A DNA stretch of 64,000 nucleotides from a bacterium. GTDB lineage: Bacteria; Patescibacteriota; Minisyncoccia; Minisyncoccales; JAGLPU01. Shown here piece after piece: positions 26,235 through 34,300 of the stretch; the first letter of the stretch is position 1; each line of letters begins with the position of its first letter. The DNA lies in NCBI GenBank assembly GCA_030635055.1, contig DAOVZN010000001.1, positions 18,837 to 82,836 of the forward strand. The letters are read 5' to 3'. A program made the position numbers and the translations under genes. The notes beneath the pieces are model-generated. The model made no database searches. It saw only the letters and a list, made by a program, of their open reading frames with translations, and was not told where the DNA came from.

Positions 26235-27815
26235 TTACTTTGCTAAACTGCTTAATAATTCTTTTGCTTTATCCTCTCCTATAGCAATCAAAAATGTCGA
26301 CAAACGCGGCCCTGTGTCAGCATCTATTAACATTTGGTAAATATTCTTAAAAAAGCTCCTTTGCGCTTTCTTTTTTTCTTCGTCGGAAAAACTTGGACTT
26401 TTAGGAATTTCATAAACCAACCATGTAAGTTTATCCAAATCCCAATAATTATTTATATCTTCTGCCAATTTATCTATTTGTTTTTTTTCTTCAAGTGGCA
26501 AAGAGTTGTAATAATTTTCATTAAAACCTTCTCTTAATTTGATTTTCAGCTCCGGCATAAATTTATTAATCCAGTTTTGAGATTTTTCCAATCTGGCTCC
26601 TAATAGTTTCTCGTCATATGCTTCTCCGAATCTTTTATATATATTTTTTAATTCTTCAAAATTCCCTTGAGTTATCTGCCCAAAAGAAGCAACTTGCCTG
26701 AAGGGCGCTCTTTTTTCTATTGGCTGTTCCTTATGGACTACGCTGGAGAATTCTATTCCTCTTTCCCCTACCGGTGAAAGCTTCTTCTTATAATAGTCTG
26801 ATATTGCTCTATCAAATTCTTCGTATTGCTTTATTATAAATGTATCAAAAAATAAAGTGAAAGATTTGTTTGGCCTGGTTTTACAAAACATCCATCTTAA
26901 TAATTCCGGCTCATATATTTTAAGCAGATCTGCGGGAACAACGCCTGTTCCTTCCGAACTCGACATTTTTGCCGCTCCTTGTATGCCGACAAACGCATAT
27001 CCTTTAAATAAAGGAGGTTCAGTTTCAAAGACTTCTTTAGCTATATTTTTTGCAACATAGTAGCTCCCTCCATGCGCGGCATGGTCTGTTCCTCCGGGCT
27101 CAAAAGAAACATTTTCATATTTCCACCTCATTGCCCAGTCTATTTTCCAGCCCAGCTTTCCAATGTTTTCCTTAGAAATATCTGCAATCTCCGTATGCCC
27201 ACAATCACACGAATACTCAATTTCGTTTTCCCCGTTATAGCTTATAATCTTCGTAGAAGTGCTTTTTCTGCATTTTCTGCAATACACTTGCAAGGGATAA
27301 TATTCTTCAATTTCTTTTTTGGAAATTCCTTGCGTTCTAAACTTACCTAAAATTTCAGCAATTACTTTTCTTTTCTTGAGCGCTGTTTTAATTTCTTCAT
27401 AATATTTGTTTTTTTGATACATTTCGGATTGGCATATAAACCTTGCCTCTACTCCAAATTGCGGCATAACTTCTTCAAACTCAGATTCAAAATGTTTCGC
27501 ATAAGAATCATGACAGCCGTAAGGGTCTGGAATTTCCGTAAGAGGCATTCCTAAATACTTGGAAAAATCTGAAGGAACTCCTCCGGGCACTTTTCTTAAT
27601 CTATCAAAATCATCCCATGAAAAAATCAGCTCTGCTTCACAACCTTTATCTTTTAAGGCTCTGCAAACTAACTCTGAAGTAATAATATCTCTAAAATTAC
27701 CTATATGCACTTTCCCTGAGGGAGTAATTCCAGCAGCACAAATAAACTTTTTCTTAGTTGGAAAAAGTTTTATCAATTCTTCAGTTATTTCATCTGTCCA
27801 ATGTATTGCTTTCAT
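26235..27815 (-). CDS. lysK: lysine--tRNA ligase, class I
   Basis: 526 aa. GITPSGKVHIGNFRD (HIGH-type), KMSSSEGTG (KMSKS-type) and a Cys-rich insertion (CRKCRK...CDCGH), typical of class I LysRS. Confidence 0.88.
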   Translation of the reverse strand: MKAIHWTDEITEELIKLFPTKKKFICAAGITPSGKVHIGNFRDIITSELVCRALKDKGCEAELIFSWDDFDRLRKVPGGVPSDFSKYLGMPLTEIPDPYGCHDSYAKHFESEFEEVMPQFGVEARFICQSEMYQKNKYYEEIKTALKKRKVIAEILGKFRTQGISKKEIEEYYPLQVYCRKCRKSTSTKIISYNGENEIEYSCDCGHTEIADISKENIGKLGWKIDWAMRWKYENVSFEPGGTDHAAHGGSYYVAKNIAKEVFETEPPLFKGYAFVGIQGAAKMSSSEGTGVVPADLLKIYEPELLRWMFCKTRPNKSFTLFFDTFIIKQYEEFDRAISDYYKKKLSPVGERGIEFSSVVHKEQPIEKRAPFRQVASFGQITQGNFEELKNIYKRFGEAYDEKLLGARLEKSQNWINKFMPELKIKLREGFNENYYNSLPLEEKKQIDKLAEDINNYWDLDKLTWLVYEIPKSPSFSDEEKKKAQRSFFKNIYQMLIDADTGPRLSTFLIAIGEDKAKELLSSLAK

Positions 27816-27836
27816 AATTTTACTTATATTGATGCC

Positions 27837-27865
27837 ATAGTATCAGTAAGAAAGTTCTATGTAAA
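27837..27865 (-). promoter_or_regulatory. sigma70-like promoter of lysK (TTTACA-17-TACTAT)
   Basis: On the minus strand, -35 is at 27860-27865 and -10 at 27837-27842. The spacer is nearly identical to that of the valS promoter. Confidence 0.45.
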
Positions 27866-27909
27866 GAAACTTGTATTTCTTAACCCGATCAAGTAATGCT
27901 ATTTTCAAC

Positions 27910-29460
27910 TTAAGCCATTTGTTTCGGCTTCTTGGGCAGTTCGATATAAAAGGTTGAGCCTTTGCCCCTTCCTTTTGATTCAGCCCAGATTTTGCCTTTG
28001 TGCATTTCCGCAAACTTGCGGGCGATATATAGTCCCAGTCCGGCTCCTTCAGTATGGGTTTCGTTGCCAACGCTTCCCCTGGAAAAGCTATGGAAAACTT
28101 TTGTTACTTCTTCCTCTGTCATCCCCTCTCCCGTATCAATAATTGAAATCAAAACACCATACCTTAAATTCTTGACTTTTACGACTATACCACCTTGTTT
28201 AGTATAGCGAATGCAATTGTCAATCACATTTAAAATTATCTGCCTGATTTTTTCCGCGTCAACTAAAATCTGTGGCACTGGCTTTTTAGACTGTTCCAAT
28301 TTTAAATAAAGCTTTTTCTTTTTTGATTCCAGTTTCAGTTCACTGATTATTCCCTCTATCATCTCTTCTAAAGAAGTCTTTTCATAAGCCATCTCCAATT
28401 TACCTGCTTTAATTCTGGAAATGTTCAAGAAATTATTCACAAGCCTTATTAGTCTTTCGTTGCTCTCATAAACATTGCCTATAACTCGTTCTGATTTCTT
28501 GGGCAACTTTCCGTAGCTTCCTTCGATGAGCATCGACATATATCCTTTTATGGCCGTTAAAGGAGTTCTTAACTGATGAGAAACAATAGAAACAAACTCT
28601 GACTTAGCCCGAGTTAATTTCTCTAAAGTTTCAATTTCTTTTAAAGTCCCTCGTATTAAGAAAAATCCGAATATTGTCACAAAAAGAAACACGCCTCCTC
28701 TGATTAAAAATTCATCAAAAGAAGGAGCAATAATGGTTTGGACTAAAAGAATAAGGATAATCAAGCCGGTGAATAGTTCCGTAGCGATTACTCTGATGTT
28801 CATTAAGTGATGTTTTAGAATGGCATAAGTAACTAATATAACATAAATAGATACCAATCCGTTGCCGATTGGTAGAATAGGAATATTATACCATAAAAAA
28901 TAATTAGTTGAACCGCCGATAAATCCAACCAACGTTCCAATTAATACAAACTTTATTTGTTTACGCTTCATTCCTGTAAATTTTTTGTAAGCGCCTATCA
29001 TTAAATACCAGCTCCAAGCCGTATATCCAAAAAACATTAAAAGAAAAAAATGAAATAAAATGCCAGGCTCTGGCCAGAAAGGAAATGAAAGTTTTGAAGT
29101 CACATCCCGCACAAATAATGGAGTAAAATTTAAAAGAAAAAAAATAAAACTAGCAATATATCCAAAAATAAGTAAATTTTTATTTCTTTTGACATTATTT
29201 ATGAGACGAAGAACAAAATCAAAATAAAATACAGGAATAAAAATTGTTCCAGCCATTAAAACACGAGACCAAAAAAGAGCTTCTTGCGGTTCTTTAGCTA
29301 TCTGCCAAAAGAAGTAACCAAAACTCCATATTGCAACACTAAAGGCGAATAAACCAAATTTTTTATTAAGCTCATTTTTTCTGTTTTTAGAGTAAACAAA
29401 AATACCAAGAATAAGGCTAGTCGCAGCATTTATAAGACCTGTAATAGCGTAAAAAAACAT
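27910..29460 (-). CDS. sensor histidine kinase with N-terminal 7-TM input domain
   Basis: About 7 TM helices, an H-box SIVSHQLRTPLTAI, an N-box (NVIDNCIRYT), and G-boxes (DTGEGM, GAGLGLYI). Confidence 0.85.
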   Translation of the reverse strand: MFFYAITGLINAATSLILGIFVYSKNRKNELNKKFGLFAFSVAIWSFGYFFWQIAKEPQEALFWSRVLMAGTIFIPVFYFDFVLRLINNVKRNKNLLIFGYIASFIFFLLNFTPLFVRDVTSKLSFPFWPEPGILFHFFLLMFFGYTAWSWYLMIGAYKKFTGMKRKQIKFVLIGTLVGFIGGSTNYFLWYNIPILPIGNGLVSIYVILVTYAILKHHLMNIRVIATELFTGLIILILLVQTIIAPSFDEFLIRGGVFLFVTIFGFFLIRGTLKEIETLEKLTRAKSEFVSIVSHQLRTPLTAIKGYMSMLIEGSYGKLPKKSERVIGNVYESNERLIRLVNNFLNISRIKAGKLEMAYEKTSLEEMIEGIISELKLESKKKKLYLKLEQSKKPVPQILVDAEKIRQIILNVIDNCIRYTKQGGIVVKVKNLRYGVLISIIDTGEGMTEEEVTKVFHSFSRGSVGNETHTEGAGLGLYIARKFAEMHKGKIWAESKGRGKGSTFYIELPKKPKQMA

Positions 29461-29473
29461 ACTTTAATATTTT

Positions 29474-30382
29474 TTAATCAATAGATTTTTGACAAATCAC
29501 TATATTATGAATTTTATGTGACTCATAAATAATCCTGCAATTAGAAGCAATGAAACCACTTTTAAATAAAACTTCTGACAATTCTTCTGGAGTTCTGTAT
29601 ATCATTGACCAATTAATAACATAATAAAGAAAAGGACGCTCTAAATTATTAGAAATACTGGCTGTCAAGAACATTCCTCCTGGCATAAGAAATCGATGAA
29701 TTTTACTAATTAATTCAATCGCTTGCTTTCGAGGTCTATATTCTAAAAATCCAATCATTTCTACTACATGAGGGCAAAAATCATTCAATACTTCTTGAAG
29801 TATTCTCGTGCTCTTATTAAGAAAAGTTATTTGGTTTTCTACCTCGTATTCTCGTGCTAATTTCTTGGCATATTCTATCGCTGTTGGATCAAGATCTAAT
29901 AAAACAGCCTTCACTAAAATATTTTCTTTCTTAAGGTCTGATATTACGCCTATCACGCCTTGAGCAGAACCGCTAGCAATCGAAAGTAGCCGAATTTCCT
30001 TTTCTTTACTAAATTTTTTAATGCTTTCTTTGAGCAAATAATTGACTAATTTAAGCCTATTGCGGACAGCTTGAGCATTCATCATGCCAATCCAAAAATT
30101 ACTGATGAATTTTCTAAAATTATAAGCTTTATTGAACTCATAATTATAAATAATATCTAATGCTTGCCACCCTTTAGCCCCTTCCTTGATTTTCCGGCAA
30201 GAAGAACTTAAACCATCGAACCAAAAGGTATTGATTTCAGAATTACTTTTAAAAAACTTCTTTTTTATCGCAACATAAAAAGCTAATACCCACATTAATG
30301 GCAAGGTAAAATAATAAAGCCATCGTTTTTTTTCAAGGTTTAACTCCTTGTCCTGAAGTACTGTCACCTTTATATTTTCCAT
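29474..30382 (-). CDS. membrane-anchored class I SAM-dependent methyltransferase
   Basis: One N-terminal TM (YYFTLPLMWVLAFYVAI). Rossmann motif I-like LLSIASGSAQG with acidic LLDLDP, and a post-I motif PGGMFL. Confidence 0.65.
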   Translation of the reverse strand: MENIKVTVLQDKELNLEKKRWLYYFTLPLMWVLAFYVAIKKKFFKSNSEINTFWFDGLSSSCRKIKEGAKGWQALDIIYNYEFNKAYNFRKFISNFWIGMMNAQAVRNRLKLVNYLLKESIKKFSKEKEIRLLSIASGSAQGVIGVISDLKKENILVKAVLLDLDPTAIEYAKKLAREYEVENQITFLNKSTRILQEVLNDFCPHVVEMIGFLEYRPRKQAIELISKIHRFLMPGGMFLTASISNNLERPFLYYVINWSMIYRTPEELSEVLFKSGFIASNCRIIYESHKIHNIVICQKSID

Positions 30383-30402
30383 CTGAATATTTTAAGTTTG
30401 TT

Positions 30403-30436
30403 TAAACAAAAAACTCTGCAATACTGCAGAGTTTTA
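30403..30436 (-). terminator. intrinsic terminator only about 20 nt upstream of the methyltransferase start
   Basis: On the minus strand, AAAACTCTGCA-GTAT-TGCAGAGTTTT is followed by TTGTTT. Confidence 0.6.
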
Positions 30437-30529
30437 GACTAAAAATTATATGTTCCTTCATTTATAGAAGAATTATTATATCTCTCATTCTTTTCCAACA
30501 ATAATGACTTCGCTCTTATCATTACGGGT

Positions 30530-30558
30530 ATCTTATCTGAAAACCTGCATTTTGTCAA
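30530..30558 (-). promoter_or_regulatory. candidate promoter TTGACA-17-TAAGAT
   Basis: On the minus strand, -35 TTGACA is at 30553-30558 and -10 TAAGAT at 30530-30535. Confidence 0.4.
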
Positions 30559-30609
30559 AGAAAAGTCTTGTTTAATACAAAAGGAGATAAGCTCCTTCTT
30601 TCAAAAGAA

Positions 30610-31035
30610 TTAAAACTTAAAGAGATTATGCTTTTTTGATTTTAGTGCTGCAAAGCAGTCATACAGATAATCAACTAGTTGGTATTGATCAACTTCGGAG
30701 ATATCTATCCACCTATAATCATTGTGTTCTTTTGGATTAACTTTTACTTCTCCGTCTTTATATTCCGCTATAAATATGAGCCTGACAAACTGTTTATTTT
30801 TCTCGTTATCTATATTAGATGTATAGAAAAATAAATTTGGGTTATTAATATCTAATCCTGACTCCTCTTTAGTCTCTCTTATAGCTCCAGAACAAGGATC
30901 TTCACCGTTTTTCAGTGTCCCTCCCGGGACATCCCAGTAATTCGCAAGCACATCATTGTTTGTCGCTCTTTTAATAATAAGAATTTGTTTCTTCTTATTA
31001 AAAATAATAGTGTGCACAATTAATCCTTTATCCAT
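30610..31035 (-). CDS. NUDIX hydrolase
   Basis: Nudix box GGTLKNGEDPCSGAIRETKEESG. Confidence 0.8.
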   Translation of the reverse strand: MDKGLIVHTIIFNKKKQILIIKRATNNDVLANYWDVPGGTLKNGEDPCSGAIRETKEESGLDINNPNLFFYTSNIDNEKNKQFVRLIFIAEYKDGEVKVNPKEHNDYRWIDISEVDQYQLVDYLYDCFAALKSKKHNLFKF

Positions 31036-31097
31036 TTATTAAAAATAAATAATTTAATTAGCTAAAAACTATAAACTGTTAATAGTTTAACACTAAA

Positions 31098-31124
31098 AAT
31101 AAAAAAGCCTAAATGAATAGGCTT
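31098..31124 (-). terminator. putative intrinsic terminator
   Basis: On the minus strand, AAGCCTA-TTCATT-TAGGCTT is followed by TTTTTATTTTT. Confidence 0.45.
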
Positions 31125-31149
31125 GGATAAAATTTAAATTTGGTAAAGT

Positions 31150-31524
31150 CTAGGCTAAATCCACACCGAGTTTTTCTCTAACAACCTCTTTGGTCCTTTT
31201 TTGCTCTTCTTTCATTAAAACAAATTCTTGATCAAGCTTATCAACTGTTTTCACGAACCCGTCAACAGCGTTATAAGTGTCATCAATTTTTTCTCTTAAT
31301 TCTTCTCTGTCTGCTTTCGCTTCGGCAAAGCCCTCTTGAATATTTACTCTATTAACAGCCACATCGGTCTTTATTCCTTCAATGTTTTCTTTATTCGTTA
31401 CCACATCGGTCTTTATTCCTTCAATGTTTTCTTTATTCGTTACCACATCGGTCTTTATTCCCTCCAGCTCAGTATCTATTTTATTAAATTTTTTGTCTAA
31501 ATATTCTATTAGTTCTTCGTTCAT
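31150..31524 (-). CDS. coiled-coil protein with 14-aa tandem repeats
   Basis: 124 aa. It contains EGIKTDVVTNKENI repeated, and the rest is heptad-like and charged. Confidence 0.6.
   Translation of the reverse strand: MNEELIEYLDKKFNKIDTELEGIKTDVVTNKENIEGIKTDVVTNKENIEGIKTDVAVNRVNIQEGFAEAKADREELREKIDDTYNAVDGFVKTVDKLDQEFVLMKEEQKRTKEVVREKLGVDLA
31359..31466. repeat. tandem repeat, 42-bp unit, about 2.5 copies (inside the CDS)
   Basis: CCACATCGGTCTTTATTCCTTCAATGTTTTCTTTATTCGTTA occurs at 31359-31400 and is identical at 31401-31442. A partial third copy starts at 31443. Confidence 0.9.
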
Positions 31525-31575
31525 ATTTTTAATAAGTTTATAATATCATTCTACTATTTTAAAAAACCATGTCAA

Positions 31576-32142
31576 TTATTTCCCTAAAATTTTTAACGCC
31601 CTCTTTATTTTCTCTTCATCATCTTTAATATTAGTCAATCCAGACAGTGTTTGTTTCGCCTTGTCTCGGGGGAAGCCGAGATTAATTAGGGTGTCAAGAA
31701 CCGGATCTGTTTCTTTTTTTCTTGAAATAAACGAATCAAAGTCCTTTATTTTTCCGGAAAGTTCTAAGATGATTTTTCTGGCCTTCTTCTGTCCAATTCC
31801 CAGAATGCCTTCAAATATTTCCTCGTGCTGCAACTCAATCGCCTCTTTCAATTTTTCTTTGGGCCCAATGGAAGAAATCTCTAAGGCAGCCTTGGGTCCC
31901 ACTCCGGAAATTCCTATCACCAGTTCAAAAAGATCCAGCTCTTCCAGCTCTAAAAATCCATACAAATCTAAAGAATTTTCACGGACACTGAGATGGCAGA
32001 AAAAACTTAATAATTCGTCTGTATCCCCTATCTTGTCAAAAGTCTTTTGAGATAAAAACACTTTATATCCCACTCCATTCACATCCAAGACAATAAATTT
32101 GTCTTTTTTAAGAATAATCCTGCCTTTAAGATAGCTAATCAT
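31576..32142 (-). CDS. ruvA: Holliday junction DNA helicase RuvA
   Basis: MISYLKGRIILKKDKFIVLDVNGVGYKVFLS plus HhH motifs (ISGVGPKAALEI, GIGQKKARKI). Confidence 0.9.
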   Translation of the reverse strand: MISYLKGRIILKKDKFIVLDVNGVGYKVFLSQKTFDKIGDTDELLSFFCHLSVRENSLDLYGFLELEELDLFELVIGISGVGPKAALEISSIGPKEKLKEAIELQHEEIFEGILGIGQKKARKIILELSGKIKDFDSFISRKKETDPVLDTLINLGFPRDKAKQTLSGLTNIKDDEEKIKRALKILGK

Positions 32143-32210
32143 TGTTTTTATTATAGCATAAGTATTGCCTTGTTAAAAAAAGTATGCTATCCTCGTATTA
32201 AATCAATTTT

Positions 32211-32483
32211 ATGCCAATTACTAAAGCAGCAAAAAAATCCGTCAGACAGGACGAGAAAAAAAGAAAAAGAAACACGCTTTGCAAAAAAACAATGAGAGGC
32301 CTTTTAAAAGAGGCTAAGACTTTGATTGTTAAAAAGAAGGCCGAAGCAGCAAAAGAGCTTCTGCCAAAGATATATAAATCTTTGGATAAAGCGGCTAAAA
32401 AAGGAGTGATTAAAAAAAATACAGCTTCCAGAAAGAAAGCAAGAATAACAAAGTTAATAAATATTAAAGCAGCGACAAAATAA
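32211..32483 (+). CDS. rpsT: 30S ribosomal protein S20
   Basis: 90 aa, basic: MPITKAAKKSVRQDEKKRKRN... Confidence 0.9.
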   Translation: MPITKAAKKSVRQDEKKRKRNTLCKKTMRGLLKEAKTLIVKKKAEAAKELLPKIYKSLDKAAKKGVIKKNTASRKKARITKLINIKAATK

Positions 32484-32485
32484 CC

Positions 32486-33418
32486 TTATATCTCAGCAAT
32501 TAGCAAATCAAGCGCCACTTCTGGACCTACTTGTCCGGTTTTTATTTGCAAATCTATCTTAAAGATTCTTTTATATATCTTTTTCAACTCTTCCAAGGAA
32601 AACCTTTTAGTTTGCCAAAGCGTTTTTCTTATTACATAAGGGTGTATCCCCAGCTCTTTACTGGCGCTGGGCGACAGATATTCCATGTTTTTGCATTTGT
32701 CTTTTACCATTAAAAGATTGCGGAACTGGAAGTTTATCATCGAAAGAATGTATAAAGGCGAGTCCCCTTTTTCTAGATGCTTATGAACAGAGATAAGCGC
32801 TTCCTTCTTGTTTTTTACGGCCAAGGCGTCAATGGTTTTAAAAATATCAGCCTCAATCCGCGGAGCCACTAACAATTCAATGTCCTCTTTTTTAATCTTC
32901 AGGCTATAAGAAGCAAGCTTTTGTAGCTCAAAAGAAAGCCTCCATAAATCATTGCCGACAAATTCAACTAATTTTTCCACGGCAGTAGTCTCTATTTCTG
33001 CCTTATATCTGCTTATTTCTGTTTTTATCCAATTCTTCAACTTTAAGCCGGAAAGAGGCTCAAACTCCTGGCATTTCCCTTCTTTTTTTAGAAACCTTAA
33101 AAGAGTGTTATTAGCGGGGATCTTATCCTTTTCATAGAATATAATAATATCGTCTGATTGAATAAAAAGTTTCTTTTGCTTTAAAAATTCGGTTTTAAAG
33201 TCTGTATTGTTTAGAACATTTTTAAGAACGAGTAGCTTTTTTTCGCGAAACATTGAGATTGTATTAATTCGGTTTTTGAAATCTTTAAAATCCAGATTTT
33301 GGCCGTCAAAAAACTCCAAATTCAAGCCACTTTGGTGAACCTTCTTATAGCTACTAATAATTCCATTCAGCTTATGCCGGGAACGATAAATATCTTGTCC
33401 GTAAAGAAATAAAAGCAT
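32486..33418 (-). CDS. holA: DNA polymerase III subunit delta
   Basis: 310 aa. MLLFLYGQDIYRS start and delta-subunit-like length and helical C-terminal domain. Sequence conservation is weak, as is usual for HolA. Confidence 0.7.
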   Translation of the reverse strand: MLLFLYGQDIYRSRHKLNGIISSYKKVHQSGLNLEFFDGQNLDFKDFKNRINTISMFREKKLLVLKNVLNNTDFKTEFLKQKKLFIQSDDIIIFYEKDKIPANNTLLRFLKKEGKCQEFEPLSGLKLKNWIKTEISRYKAEIETTAVEKLVEFVGNDLWRLSFELQKLASYSLKIKKEDIELLVAPRIEADIFKTIDALAVKNKKEALISVHKHLEKGDSPLYILSMINFQFRNLLMVKDKCKNMEYLSPSASKELGIHPYVIRKTLWQTKRFSLEELKKIYKRIFKIDLQIKTGQVGPEVALDLLIAEI

Positions 33419-33476
33419 GTTATTAATAAAGGCCCTTTAAAAGGACCTTTGTTGAAAATATATTGTTCAAAGTGAT

Positions 33477-33848
33477 TTACTTCCCGAGTATAAATTTAAC
33501 TTTTTCAATAATCTCTCCCGGAGTGAAATGAGCTTTTATCAAATAGTCAGTAGCTCCCAGCTTTAATCCTTTTTCAATATCCTCTTTTTGCCCAAGATTA
33601 GACAAAATAATTACAGGAACTGGAATTAGAGAATCTTCTTCCTTGATCTTTGCGAGAACATCAAATCCATCTATACCAGGAAGTATAAGGTCAAGTAGGA
33701 TTAATTCTGGGTTTTCTTCTTTGGCTTTTTTTACTCCCTCTTCCCCATCCACAGCTTCAACAACATCATATTCTTCATTGCGAAGCTTTTGAGACATTAA
33801 TTCTCTTAAAAATTTATCATCTTCAACTATAAGAATTTTTTCTGCCAT
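33477..33848 (-). CDS. single-domain response regulator
   Basis: ILIVEDD, LILLDLILPGIDG, YLIKAHF. Confidence 0.85.
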   Translation of the reverse strand: MAEKILIVEDDKFLRELMSQKLRNEEYDVVEAVDGEEGVKKAKEENPELILLDLILPGIDGFDVLAKIKEEDSLIPVPVIILSNLGQKEDIEKGLKLGATDYLIKAHFTPGEIIEKVKFILGK

Positions 33849-33855
33849 GTAAAAT

Positions 33856-34227
33856 TTATTCTCCTATTTGTTTTATTATTTTTTCAATAATTTCCTGAGG
33901 ATCAAATTCTGTCTTAATCAGCCAATCTTTTGCTCCTAATTCTTTGACTCTTTCAATCTCTACCGGCTCACCGGAATTGGAAATAACAATAACTGGAATT
34001 TCTTTTAATTCCTGATCATTATTCATCGCCTCCATTGTTTCCAAACCATTCATTTTAGGCATAACGATATCCATTAAAACAAGATCTGGCTTTTCTTTCT
34101 TCATTGCCTCCAATCCTTCTTTGCCGTTTCGAGACAAAGAAACTTCATATCCTTTTTCTTTTAATTTTTTTTCTAAAATATTGATTATCAGCTCTTCGTC
34201 TTCAACTAGTAGGATTTTTTTTGCCAT
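33856..34227 (-). CDS. single-domain response regulator
   Basis: ILLVEDE, LVLMDIVMPKMNG, WLIKTEF. Confidence 0.85.
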   Translation of the reverse strand: MAKKILLVEDEELIINILEKKLKEKGYEVSLSRNGKEGLEAMKKEKPDLVLMDIVMPKMNGLETMEAMNNDQELKEIPVIVISNSGEPVEIERVKELGAKDWLIKTEFDPQEIIEKIIKQIGE

Positions 34228-34300
34228 ATTAGACTTGTGTTGAGATTATTCTACGATCTCATTATAATAATTATTTGACCTTAAGACAAGTGTGTATAAC

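Noticed and set aside
27843-28070. 75-aa minus-strand ORF between the histidine kinase and lysK.
   Set aside because: It mostly overlaps the kinase 3' end in another frame, and its start region coincides with the predicted lysK promoter. There is no supporting signal.
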